From: Eledone cirrhosa
Lineage: Eukaryota
Assembly: GCA_964016885.1 (NCBI GenBank)
Contig: OZ024744.1
Span: 133,424,001-133,488,000 of the forward strand
Length of the DNA stretch: 64,000 bases
Direction: 5' to 3'
Shown here: piece after piece, positions 23,598-35,640 of the stretch
How positions within the stretch are numbered: position 1 is the first letter of the stretch
Layout: each line of letters begins with the position of its first letter
The notes under the pieces: model-generated
Seen by the model: only the letters and a program-made list of their open reading frames with translations
What the model was told of the DNA's origin: nothing
The model's database searches: none
Program-made: the position numbers and the translations under genes

Positions 23598-26500
23598 CTT
23601 TGTGGTTAAGTTAAGTTGGGGTTAAGTTAAGTTGGGGTTAAGTTAAGTTGGGGCTGAGTTAAGTTGGGGATGAGTGAAGTTGGGGTTAAGTTAAGTTGGG
23701 GTTAAGTTAAGTTGTCGTTAAGTTAAGTTGGGTTTGAGTTAAGTTGGGGTTGAGTTAATTTAGGGTTAATTTAAGTTGGGGTTAAGTTAAGTTGGGTTTC
23801 AGTTAAGTTGGGGTTAAGTTAAGTTGGGGTCAAGTTAAGTTGGGGTTAAGTTAAGTTGGGGTTAAGTCAAGTTGGGGTTAAGTTAAGTTAGGGTTAATTT
23901 AGTTGGGGTTAAGTTAAGTTGGGGCTAAGTTAAGTTGGGGCTAAATTAAGTTGGGGCTAAGTTAAGTTGGGGTCAAGTTAAGTTGGGGTTAAGTTAAGGT
24001 GGGGTTAATTTAAGTTGGGGCTGAGTTAAGTTGGGGCTGAGTTAAGTTGGGGTTAAGTTAAGTTGGGGTTGAGTTAAGTTGGGGTTAAGTTAAGTGGGGT
24101 TAAGTTAAGTTGGGGCTAAGTTAAGTTGGGGCTGAGTTAAGTTGGGGCTGAGTTAAGTTGGGGTTAAGTTAAGTTGGGGTTAAGTTAAGTTGGGGTTGAG
24201 TTAACTTGGGGTTAAGTTAAGTTGGGGTTAAGTTAAGTTGGGGTTCAGTTAAGTTGGGGTTAAGTTAAATTGGGGTTAAGTTAAGTTGGGGTTAAGTTAA
24301 GTTGGGGTTAAGTTAAGTTGGGGTTAAGTTAGATTGTGGTTAAGTTAAGTTGGGGTTAATTTAAGTTTGGGTTAAGTTAAGTTGGGGTTAAGTTAAGGCG
24401 GGGTTAAGTTGAGTTGGGGTTAAGTTAAGTTGGGGTTAAGTTAAGTTGGGGTTGAGTTAATTTGGGGTTAACTTAAGTTGGGGGTACTTAAGTTGGGTTT
24501 AAGTTAAGTGGGGTTAAGTTAAGTTGGGGTTAAGTTAAGTTGGGGTTAAGTTAAGTTGGGGTTAAGTTAGGTTGTGGTTAAGTTAAGTTGGGGGTAAGTT
24601 AAGTTGGGGGTAAGTTAAGTTGGGGTTAATTTAAGTTGGGTCTAATTAAGTTGGGGTTAAGTTAAGTTGGGGTTAAGTTAAGTTGGGGTTGAGTTAATTT
24701 GGGGTTAACTTAAGTTGGGGGTACTTAAGTTGGGTTCAAGTTAAGTGGGGTTAAGTTAAGTTGGGGTTAAGTTAAGTTGGGGTTAAGTTAAGTTGGGGGT
24801 AAGTTAAGTTGGGGTTAATTTAAGTTGGGTCAAATTAAGTTGGGGTTAAGTTAAGTTGGGGTTAAGTTAAGTTGGCGTTAAATTAAGTTGGGGTTAAGTT
24901 AAGTTGGGGTTAAATTAAGTTGGGGTTAAGTTAAGTTGGGGTTAAGTTAAGTTGGGGTGAAGTTAAGTTGGGGGTAAGTTAAGTTGGTGGTAAGTTAAGT
25001 TGGGGGTAAGTTAAGATGGGGTAAGTTAAGTTGGGGTTAAGTTAATTTGGGGTTAAGTTAGGGTTAAGTTAAGTTGGGGTTGAGTTAAGTTGGGGTTAAG
25101 TTAAGTTGGGGTTATGTTAAGTTGGAGTTAAGTTAAGTTGGGGTTAAGTTGAGTTGGGGTTCAGTTAAGTTGCGGTTGATTTAAGTTGGGGTTAAGTTAA
25201 GTTGGGGTTAAGTTAAGTTGGGGTTAAGTTAAGTTGGGGTTAATTTAAGTTGGGGTTAAGTTAAGTTGGGGTTAAGTTAAGTTGGGGTTAAGTTAAGTTG
25301 GGGTTAAGTTAAGTTGGGGTTAAATTAAGTTGGGGTTAAGTTAAGTTGGGGTTAAATTAAGTTGGGGTTAAGATAAGTTGGGGTTAAGTTAAGTTGGGGT
25401 TGAGTTAAGTTGGGGTTGAGTTAATTTGGGGTTAACTTAAGTTGGGGGTACTTAGGTAGGATTTAAGTTAAGTGGGGTTAAGTTAGGTTGTGGTTAAGTT
25501 AAGTTGGTGTTAAGTTAAGTTGGGGTTAATTTAAGTTGGGGGTAAGTTAAGTTGGGGGTAAGTTAAGTTGGGGTTAATTTAAGTTGGGTCTAATTAAGTT
25601 GGGGTTAAGTTAAGTTGGGGTTAAGTTAAGTTGGGGTTAAATTAAGTTGGGGTTAAGTTAAGTTGGGGTTAAGTTAAGTTGGGGTTAAATTAAGTTGGGG
25701 TTAAGTTAAGTTGAGGTTAAATTAAGTTGGGGTTAAGTTAAGTTGGGGTTAAGTTAAGTTGGGGTTAAGTTAAGTTGGGGTTAAGTTAAGTGGTGGTTAT
25801 GTTAAGTTGGGGTTAAGTTAAGTTGGGGTTGAGTTAAGTTGGGGTTGAGTTAAGTTGGGGTTGAGTTAAGTTGGGGTTGAGTTAAGTTGGGGTTGAGTGA
25901 AGTTGGGGTTAAGTTAAGTTGGGGTTAATTTATGTTGGGGTTAAGTTAAGTCGGGGTTAAGTTAAGTTGGGGTTAAGTTAAGTTGGGGTTAAGTTAAATT
26001 GGGGTTGAGTTAAGTTGGGGTTGAGTTAATTTAGGGTTAAGTTAAGTTGGGGTTAAGTTAAGTTGGGGTTAAGTTAGATTGTGGTTAAGTTAAGTTGGGG
26101 TTAATTTAAGTTTGGGTTAAGTTAAGTTGGGGTTAAGTTAAGGCGGGGTTAAGTTGAGTTGGGGTTAAGTTAAGTTGGGGTTGAGTTAATTTGGGGTTAA
26201 CTTAAGTTGGGGGTACTTAAGTTGGGTTTAAGTTAAGTGGGGTTAAGTTAAGTTGGGGTTAAGTTAAGTTGGGGTTAAGTTAAGTTGGGGTTAAGTTAGG
26301 TTGTGGTTAAGTTAAGTTGGGGGTAAGTTAAGTTGGGGGTAAGTTAAGTTGGGGTTAATTTAAGTTGGGTCTAATTAAGTTGGGGTTAAGTTAAGTTGGG
26401 GTTAAGTTGAGTTGGGGTTGAGTTGGGGTTAAGTTAAGTTAGGGTTAAGTTAAGTTGGGGTTAAGTTGAGTTGGGGTTAAGTTAAGTTGCGGTTAATTTA

Positions 26501-29500
26501 AGTTGGGGTTAATTTAAGTTGGGGTTAAGTTAAGTTGGGGTGAAGTTAAGTTGGGGTTAAGTTAAGTTGGGGTTAAGTTAAGTTGGGGTTAAGTTAAGTT
26601 GGGGTTAAATTAAGTTGGGGTTAAGTTAAGTTGGGGTTAAGTTAAGTTGGGGTTAAGTTAAGATGGGGTTAAGTTAAGTTGGCGTTAAGTTGGGGTTAAG
26701 TTAAGTTAGGGTTAAGTTAAGTTGCGGTTGAGTTAAGTTGGGGTTAAGCTAAGTGGTGGTTATGTTAAGTTGGGGTTAAGTTAAGTTGGGGTTAATTTAA
26801 ATTGGGGTTAAGTTAACTTTGTGGTTAAGTTAAGTTGGGGTTAAGTTAAGTTGGGGTTAAGTTAAGTTGGGGCTGAGTTAAGTTGGGGATGAGTGAAGTT
26901 GGGGTTAAGTTAAGTTGGGGTTAAGTTAAGTTGTCGTTAAGTTAAGTTGGGTTTGAGTTAAGTTGGGGTTGAGTTAATTTAGGGTTAATTTAAGTTGGGG
27001 TTAAGTTAAGTTGGGTTTCAGTTAAGTTGGGGTTAAGTTAAGTTGGGGTCAAGTTAAGTTGGGGTTAAGTTAAGTTGGGGTTAAGTCAAGTTGGGGTTAA
27101 GTTAAGTTAGGGTTAATTTAGTTGGGGTTAAGTTAAGTTGGGGCTAAGTTAAGTTGGGGCTAAGTTAAGTTGGGGCTAAGTTAAGTTGGGGTTAAGTTAA
27201 GTTGGGGTTAAGTTAAGGTGGGGTTAATTTAAGTTGGGGCTGAGTTAAGTTGGGGCTGAGTTAAGTTGGGGTTAAGTTAAGTTGGGGTTGAGTTAAGTTG
27301 GGGTTAAGTTAAGTGGGGTTAAGTTAAGTTGGGGCTAAGTTAAGTTGGGGCTGAGTTAAGTTGGGGCTGAGTTAAGTTGGGGTTAAGTTAAGTTGGGGTT
27401 AAGTTAAGTTGGGGTTGAGTTAACTTGGGGTTAAGTTAAGTTGGGGTTAAGTTAAGTTGGGGTTCAGTTAAGTTGGGGTTAAGTTAAATTGGGGTTAAGT
27501 TAAGTTGGGGTTAAGTTAAGTTGGGGTTAAGTTAAGTTGGGGTTAAGTTAGATTGTGGTTAAGTTAAGTTGGGGTTAATTTAAGTTTGGGTTAAGTTAAG
27601 TTGGGGTTAAGTTAAGGCGGGGTTAAGTTGAGTTGGGGTTAAGTTAAGTTGGGGTTAAGTTAAGTTGGGGTTGAGTTAATTTGGGGTTAACTTAAGTTGG
27701 GGGTACTTAAGTTGGGTTTAAGTTAAGTGGGGTTAAGTTAAGTTGGGGTTAAGTTAAGTTGGGGTTAAGTTAGGTTGTGGTTAAGTTAAGTTGGGGGTAA
27801 GTTAAGTTGGGGGTAAGTTAAGTTGGGGTTAATTTAAGTTGGGTCTAATTAAGTTGGGGTTAAGTTAAGTTGGGGTTAAGTTAAGTTGGGGTTGAGTTAA
27901 TTTGGGGTTAACTTAAGTTGGGGGTACTTAAGTTGGGTTCAAGTTAAGTGGGGTTAAGTTAAGTTGGGGTTAAGTTAAGTTGGGGTTAAGTTAAGTTGGG
28001 GGTAAGTTAAGTTGGGGTTAATTTAAGTTGGGTCAAATTAAGTTGGGGTTAAGTTAAGTTGGGGTTAAGTTAAGTTGGCGTTAAATTAAGTTGGGGTTAA
28101 GTTAAGTTGGGGTTAAATTAAGTTGGGGTTAAGTTAAGTTGGGGTTAAGTTAAGTTGGGGTGAAGTTAAGTTGGGGGTAAGTTAAGTTGGTGGTAAGTTA
28201 AGTTGGGGGTAAGTTAAGATGGGGTAAGTTAAGTTGGGGTTAAGTTAATTTGGGGTTAAGTTAGGGTTAAGTTAAGTTGGGGTTGAGTTAAGTTGGGGTT
28301 AAGTTAAGTTGGGGTTATGTTAAGTTGGAGTTAAGTTAAGTTGGGGTTAAGTTGAGTTGGGGTTCAGTTAAGTTGCGGTTGATTTAAGTTGGGGTTAAGT
28401 TAAGTTGGGGTTAAGTTAAGTTGGGGTTAAGTTAAGTTGGGGTTAATTTAAGTTGGGGTTAAGTTAAGTTGGGGTTAAGTTAAGTTGGGGTTAAGTTAAG
28501 TTGGGGTTAAGTTAAGTTGGGGTTAAATTAAGTTGGGGTTAAGTTAAGTTGGGGTTAAATTAAGTTGGGGTTAAGATAAGTTGGGGTTAAGTTAAGTTGG
28601 GGTTGAGTTAAGTTGGGGTTGAGTTAATTTGGGGTTAACTTAAGTTGGGGGTACTTAGGTAGGATTTAAGTTAAGTGGGGTTAAGTTAGGTTGTGGTTAA
28701 GTTAAGTTGGTGTTAAGTTAAGTTGGGGTTAATTTAAGTTGGGGGTAAGTTAAGTTGGGGGTAAGTTAAGTTGGGGTTAATTTAAGTTGGGTCTAATTAA
28801 GTTGGGGTTAAGTTAAGTTGGGGTTAAGTTAAGTTGGGGTTAAATTAAGTTGGGGTTAAGTTAAGTTGGGGTTAAGTTAAGTTGGGGTTAAATTAAGTTG
28901 GGGTTAAGTTAAGTTGAGGTTAAATTAAGTTGGGGTTAAGTTAAGTTGGGGTTAAGTTAAGTTGGGGTTAAGTTAAGTTGGGGTTAAGTTAAGTGGTGGT
29001 TATGTTAAGTTGGGGTTAAGTTAAGTTGGGGTTGAGTTAAGTTGGGGTTGAGTTAAGTTGGGGTTGAGTTAAGTTGGGGTTGAGTTAAGTTGGGGTTGAG
29101 TGAAGTTGGGGTTAAGTTAAGTTGGGGTTAATTTATGTTGGGGTTAAGTTAAGTCGGGGTTAAGTTAAGTTGGGGTTAAGTTAAGTTGGGGTTAAGTTAA
29201 ATTGGGGTTGAGTTAAGTTGGGGTTGAGTTAATTTAGGGTTAAGTTAAGTTGGGGTTAAGTTAAGTTGGGGTTAAGTTAGATTGTGGTTAAGTTAAGTTG
29301 GGGTTAATTTAAGTTTGGGTTAAGTTAAGTTGGGGTTAAGTTAAGGCGGGGTTAAGTTGAGTTGGGGTTAAGTTAAGTTGGGGTTGAGTTAATTTGGGGT
29401 TAACTTAAGTTGGGGGTACTTAAGTTGGGTTTAAGTTAAGTGGGGTTAAGTTAAGTTGGGGTTAAGTTAAGTTGGGGTTAAGTTAAGTTGGGGTTAAGTT

Positions 29501-30019
29501 AGGTTGTGGTTAAGTTAAGTTGGGGGTAAGTTAAGTTGGGGGTAAGTTAAGTTGGGGTTAATTTAAGTTGGGTCTAATTAAGTTGGGGTTAAGTTAAGTT
29601 GGGGTTAAGTTGAGTTGGGGTTGAGTTGGGGTTAAGTTAAGTTAGGGTTAAGTTAAGTTGGGGTTAAGTTGAGTTGGGGTTAAGTTAAGTTGCGGTTAAT
29701 TTAAGTTGGGGTTAATTTAAGTTGGGGTTAAGTTAAGTTGGGGTGAAGTTAAGTTGGGGTTAAGTTAAGTTGGGGTTAAGTTAAGTTGGGGTTAAGTTAA
29801 GTTGGGGTTAAATTAAGTTGGGGTTAAGTTAAGTTGGGGTTAAGTTAAGTTGGGGTTAAGTTAAGATGGGGTTAAGTTAAGTTGGGGTTAAGTTGGGGTT
29901 AAGTTAAGTTAGGGTTAAGTTAAGTTGCGGTTGAGTTAAGTTGGGGTTAAGCTAAGTGGTGGTTATGTTAAGTTGGGGTTAAGTTAAGTTGGGGTTAATT
30001 TAAATTGGGGTTAAGTTAA
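23598..30019 (+). repeat. Two full copies of the ~3.2-kb HOR (3219 bp + 3203 bp; ~200 monomers each)
   Basis: The marker 'aagttaactttgtgg' C is at 23598, 26817 and 30020, with an identical order of variants between markers (ggggatgagtgaag, ttgtcg, gggtttcag, ggggctaag x3, ttagattgtgg, aaggcgggg, ggcgttaaatt, ttggag, taggtaggattt, ttgagg, agtcgggg, aagctaagtggtgg). Confidence 0.9.
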
Positions 30020-30729
30020 CTTTGTGGTTAAGTTAAGTTGGGGTTAAGTTACGTTGGGGTTAAGTTAAGTTGGGGCTGAGTTAAGTTGGGGATGAGTGAA
30101 GTTGGGGTTAAGTTAAGTTGGGGTTAAGTTAAGTTGGGGTTAAGTTAAGTTGGGTTTGAGTTAAGTTGGGGTTGAGTTAATTTAGGGTTAATTTAAGTTG
30201 GGGTTAAGTTAAGTTGGGTTTCAGTTAAGTTGGGGTTAAGTTAAGTTGGGGTCAAGTTAAGTTGGGGTTAAGTTAAGTTGGGGTTAAGTCAAGTTGGGGT
30301 TAAGTTAAGTTAGGGTTAATTTAGTTGGGGTTAAGTTAAGTTGGGGCTAAGTTAAGTTGGGGCTAAGTTAAGTTGGGGCTAAGTTAAGTTGGGGTTAAGT
30401 TAAGTTGGGGTTAAGTTAAGGTGGGGTTAATTTAAGTTGGGGCTGAGTTAAGTTGGGGCTGAGTTAAGTTGGGGTTAAGTTAAGTTGGGGTTGAGTTAAG
30501 TTGGGGTTAAGTTAAGTGGGGTTAAGTTAAGTTGGGGCTAAGTTAAGTTGGGGCTGAGTTAAGTTGGGGCTGAGTTAAGTTGGGGTTAAGTTAAGTTGGG
30601 GTTAAGTTAAGTTGGGGTTGAGTTAACTTGGGGTTAAGTTAAGTTGGGGTTAAGTTAAGTTGGGGTTCAGTTAAGTTGGGGTTAAGTTAAATTGGGGTTA
30701 AGTTAAGTTGGGGTTAAGTTAAGTTGGGG

Positions 30730-33700
30730 TTAAGTTAAGTTGGGGTTAAGTTAGATTGTGGTTAAGTTAAGTTGGGGTTAATTTAAGTTTGGGTTAAGTT
30801 AAGTTGGGGTTAAGTTAAGGCGGGGTTAAGTTGAGTTGGGGTTAAGTTAAGTTGGGGTTAAGTTAAGTTGGGGTTGAGTTAATTTGGGGTTAACTTAAGT
30901 TGGGGGTACTTAAGTTGGGTTTAAGTTAAGTGGGGTTAAGTTAAGTTGGGGTTAAGTTAAGTTGGGGTTAAGTTAGGTTGTGGTTAAGTTAAGTTGGGGG
31001 TAAGTTAAGTTGGGGGTAAGTTAAGTTGGGGTTAATTTAAGTTGGGTCTAATTAAGTTGGGGTTAAGTTAAGTTGGGGTTAAGTTAAGTTGGGGTTGAGT
31101 TAATTTGGGGTTAACTTAAGTTGGGGGTACTTAAGTTGGGTTCAAGTTAAGTGGGGTTAAGTTAAGTTGGGGTTAAGTTAAGTTGGGGTTAAGTTAAGTT
31201 GGGGGTAAGTTAAGTTGGGGTTAATTTAAGTTGGGTCAAATTAAGTTGGGGTTAAGTTAAGTTGGGGTTAAGTTAAGTTGGCGTTAAATTAAGTTGGGGT
31301 TAAGTTAAGTTGGGGTTAAATTAAGTTGGGGTTAAGTTAAGTTGGGGTTAAGTTAAGTTGGGGTGAAGTTAAGTTGGGGGTAAGTTAAGTTGGTGGTAAG
31401 TTAAGTTGGGGGTAAGTTAAGATGGGGTAAGTTAAGTTGGGGTTAAGTTAATTTGGGGTTAAGTTAGGGTTAAGTTAAGTTGGGGTTGAGTTAAGTTGGG
31501 GTTAAGTTAAGTTGGGGTTATGTTAAGTTGGAGTTAAGTTAAGTTGGGGTTAAGTTGAGTTGGGGTTCAGTTAAGTTGCGGTTGATTTAAGTTGGGGTTA
31601 AGTTAAGTTGGGGTTAAGTTAAGTTGGGGTTAAGTTAAGTTGGGGTTAATTTAAGTTGGGGTTAAGTTAAGTTGGGGTTAAGTTAAGTTGGGGTTAAATT
31701 AAGTTGGGGTTAAGTTAAGTTGGGGTTAAATTAAGTTGGGGTTAAGATAAGTTGGGGTTAAGTTAAGTTGGGGTTGAGTTAAGTTGGGGTTGAGTTAATT
31801 TGGGGTTAACTTAAGTTGGGGGTACTTAGGTAGGATTTAAGTTAAGTGGGGTTAAGTTAGGTTGTGGTTAAGTTAAGTTGGTGTTAAGTTAAGTTGGGGT
31901 TAATTTAAGTTGGGGGTAAGTTAAGTTGGGGGTAAGTTAAGTTGGGGTTAATTTAAGTTGGGTCTAATTAAGTTGGGGTTAAGTTAAGTTGGGGTTAAGT
32001 TAAGTTGGGGTTAAATTAAGTTGGGGTTAAGTTAAGTTGGGGTTAAGTTAAGTTGGGGTTAAATTAAGTTGGGGTTAAGTTAAGTTGAGGTTAAATTAAG
32101 TTGGGGTTAAGTTAAGTTGGGGTTAAGTTAAGTTGGGGTTAAGTTAAGTTGGGGTTAAGTTAAGTGGTGGTTATGTTAAGTTGGGGTTAAGTTAAGTTGG
32201 GGTTGAGTTAAGTTGGGGTTGAGTTAAGTTGGGGTTGAGTTAAGTTGGGGTTGAGTGAAGTTGGGGTTAAGTTAAGTTGGGGTTAATTTATGTTGGGGTT
32301 AAGTTAAGTCGGGGTTAAGTTAAGTTGGGGTTAAGTTAAGTTGGGGTTAAGTTAAATTGGGGTTGAGTTAAGTTGGGGTTGAGTTAATTTAGGGTTAAGT
32401 TAAGTTGGGGTTAAGTTAAGTTGGGGTTAAGTTAGATTGTGGTTAAGTTAAGTTGGGGTTAATTTAAGTTTGGGTTAAGTTAAGTTGGGGTTAAGTTGAG
32501 GCGGGGTTAAGTTGAGTTGGGGTTAAGTTAAGTTGGGGTTGAGTTAATTTGGGGTTAACTTAAGTTGGGGGTACTTAAGTTGGGTTTAAGTTAAGTGGGG
32601 TTAAGTTAAGTTGGGGTTAAGTTAAGTTGGGGTTAAGTTAGGTTGTGGTTAAGTTAAGTTGGGGGTAAGTTAAGTTGGGGGTAAGTTAAGTTGGGGTTAA
32701 TTTAAGTTGGGTCTAATTAAGTTGGGGTTAAGTTAAGTTGGGGTTAAGTTAAGTTGGGGTTGAGTTAATTTGGGGTTAACTTAAGTTGGGGGTACTTAAG
32801 TTGGGTTTAAGTTAAGTGGGGTTAAGTTAAGTTGGGGTTAAGTTAAGTTGGGGTTAAGTTAAGTTGGGGGTAAGTTAAGTTGGGGGTAAGTTAAGTTGGG
32901 GTTAATTTAAGTTGGGTCAAATTAAGTTGGGGTTAAGTTAAGTTGGGGTTAAGTTAAGTTGGCGTTAAATTAAGTTGGGGTTAAGTTAAGTTGGGGTTAA
33001 ATTAAGTTGGGGTTAAGTTAAGTTGGGGTTAAGTTAAGTTGGGGTGAAGTTAAGTTGGGGGTAAGTTAAGTTGGTGGTAAGTTAAGTTGGGGGTAAGTTA
33101 AGATGGGGTAAGTTAAGTTGGGGTTAAGTTAATTTGGGGTTAAGTTAGGGTTAAGTTAAGTTGGGGTTGAGTTAAGTTGGGGTTAAGTTAAGTTGGGGTT
33201 ATGTTAAGTTGGAGTTAAGTTAAGTTGGGGTTAAGTTGAGTTGGGGTTCAGTTAAGTTGCGGTTGATTTAATTTGGGTTAAGTTAAGTTGGGGTTAAGTT
33301 AAGTTGGGGTTAAGTTAAGTTGGGGTTAATTTAAGTTGGGGTTAAGTTAAGTTGGGGTTAAGTTAAGTTGGGGTTAAATTAAGTTGGGGTTAAGTTAAGT
33401 TGGGGTTAAATTAAGTTGGGGTTAAGATAAGTTGGGGTTAAGTTAAGTTGGGGTTGAGTTAAGTTGGGGTTGAGTTAATTTGGGGTTAACTTAAGTTGGG
33501 GGTACTTAAGTAGGATTTAAGTTAAGTGGGGTTAAGTTAGGTTGTGGTTAAGTTAAGTTGGGGGTAAGTTAAGTTGGGGGTAAGTTAAGTTGGGGTTAAT
33601 TTAAGTTGGGTCTAATTAAGTTGGGGTTAAGTTAAGTTGGGGTTAAGTTAAGTTGGGGTTAAATTAAGTTGGGGTTAAGTTAAGTTGAGGTTAAATTAAG

Positions 33701-34020
33701 TTGGGGTTAAGTTAAGTTGGGGTTAAGTTAAGTTGGGGTTAAGTTAAGTTGGGGTTAAGTTAAGTGGTGGTTATGTTAAGTTGGGGTTAAGTTAAGTTGG
33801 GGTTGAGTTAAGTTGGGGTTGAGTTAAGTTGGGGTTGAGTTAAGTTGGGGTTGAGTTAAGTTGGGGTTGAGTGAAGTTGGGGTTAAGTTAAGTTGGGGTT
33901 AATTTATGTTGGGGTTAAGTTAAGTCGGGGTTAAGTTAAGTTGGGGTTAAGTTAAGTTGGGGTTAAGTTAAATTGGGGTTGAGTTAAGTTGGGGTTGAGT
34001 TAATTTAGGGTTAAGTTAAG
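30730..34020 (+). repeat. ~1.68-kb sub-HOR tandem repeat (also at ~54560-57850)
   Basis: 'ggcgttaaatt' C is at 31282 and 32963, and 'taggattt' is at 31831 and 33511. Confidence 0.75.
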
Positions 34021-35640
34021 TTGGGGTTAAGTTAAGTTGGGTTTAAGTTAAGTTGGGGTTAAATTAAGTTGGGGTTAAGTTAAGTTGGGGGTAAGTTAAG
34101 TTGGTGTTAAGTTAAGTTGGGGTTAAGTTAAGTTGGGGTTAAGTTAAGTTGGGGTTAATTTAAATTGGGGTTTAGTTAAGTTGGGGTTAAGTTAAGTTGG
34201 GTTTATATTAAGTTGGGGTTAAGTTAAGTTGGGGTTAAGTTAAGTTGGGGTTCAGTTAAGTTGCGGTTAATTTAAGTTGGGGTTAAGTTAAGTTGGGGTT
34301 AAGTTAAGTTGGGGTTAAGTTAAGTTGGGGGTAAGTTAAGCTGGTGGTAAGTTAAGTTGGGGGTAAGTTAAGATGGGGTTAAGTTATGTTGGGGTTAAGT
34401 TAATTTGGGGTTAAGTTAGGGTTAAGTTAAGTTGGGTTGAGTTAAGTTGGGGTTAAATTAAGTTGGGGTTAAGTTAAGTTGGGGTTAAGTTAAGTTGGGG
34501 TTAAGTTAAGATGGGGTTAAGTTAAGTTGGGGTTAAGTTAAGTTGGGGTTAAATTAAGTTGGGGTTAAGTTAAGTTGGGGTTAAATTAAGTTGGGGTTAA
34601 GATAAGTTGGGGTTAAGTTAAGTTGGGGTTGAGTTAAGTTGGGGTTGAGTTAATTTGGGGTTAACTTAAGTTGGGGGTACTTAAGTAGGATTTAAGTTAA
34701 GTGGGGTTAAGTTAGGTTGTGGTTAAGTTAAGTTGGGGGTAAGTTAAGTTGGGGGTAAGTTAAGTTGGGGTTAATTTAAGTTGGGTCTAATTAAGTTGGG
34801 GTTAAGTTAAGTTGGGGTTAAGTTAAGTTGGGGTTAAATTAAGTTGGGGTTAAGTTAAGTTGAGGTTAAATTAAGTTGGGGTTAAGTTAAGTTGGGGTTA
34901 AGTTAAGTTGGGGTTAAGTTAAGTTGGGGTTAAGTTAAGTGGTGGTTATGTTAAGTTGGGGTTAAGTTAAGTTGGGGTTGAGTTAAGTTGGGGTTGAGTT
35001 AAGTTGGGGTTGAGTTAAGTTGGGGTTGAGTGAAGTTGGGGTTAAGTTAAGTTGGGGTTAATTTATGTTGGGGTTAAGTTAAATTGGGGTTGAGTTAAGT
35101 TGGGGTTAAGTTAAGTTGGGGTTAAGTTAAGTTGGGTTTAAGTTAAGTTGGGGTTAAATTAAGTTGGGGTTAAGTTAAGTTGGGGGTAAGTTAAGTTGGT
35201 GTTAAGTTAAGTTGGGGTTAAGTTAAGTTGGGGTTGAATTAAGTTAGGGTTAAGTTAAGTTGGGGTTAAGTTAAGTTGGGGTTAATTTAAATTGGGGTTT
35301 AGTTAAGTTGGGGTTAAGTTAAGTTGGGTTTATATTAAGTTGGGGTTAAGTTAAGTTGGGGTTCAGTTAAGTTGCGGTTAATATAAGTTGGGGTTAAGTT
35401 AAGTTGGGGTTAAGTTAAGTTGGGGTTAAGTTAAGTTGGGGGTAAGTTAAGTTGGTGGTAAGTTAAGTTGGGGGTAAGTTAAGATGGGGTTAAGTTATGT
35501 TGGGGTTAAGTTAATTTGGGGTTAAGTTAGGGTTAAGTTAAGTTGGGTTGAGTTAAGTTGGGGTTAAATTAAGTTGGGGTTAAGTTAAGTTGGGGTTAAG
35601 TTAAGTTGGGGTTAAGTTAAGATGGGGTTAAGTTAAGTTG
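33400..35640 (+). repeat. Imperfect ~1.13-1.18-kb tandem duplication of the divergent subfamily (also at ~57230-59470)
   Basis: 'taggattt' is at 33511/34686. The private 'gggtttatattaag' first A is at 34205/35332, and 'aagttatgttgggg' is at 34381/~35492. Confidence 0.7.

Noticed and set aside
34340-34347. Exact E. coli Chi site GCTGGTGG
   Set aside because: It results from a single T-to-C change in the recurrent 'gttggtgg' variant, is absent from the duplicated partner at ~58169, and has no bacterial context.
35385-35400. TATA-like or -10-like elements (aatataag, tttatatt) and homeodomain-like TAATT/TAAGTG sites
   Set aside because: These are chance products of one or two substitutions in an AT-rich module, with no downstream gene.
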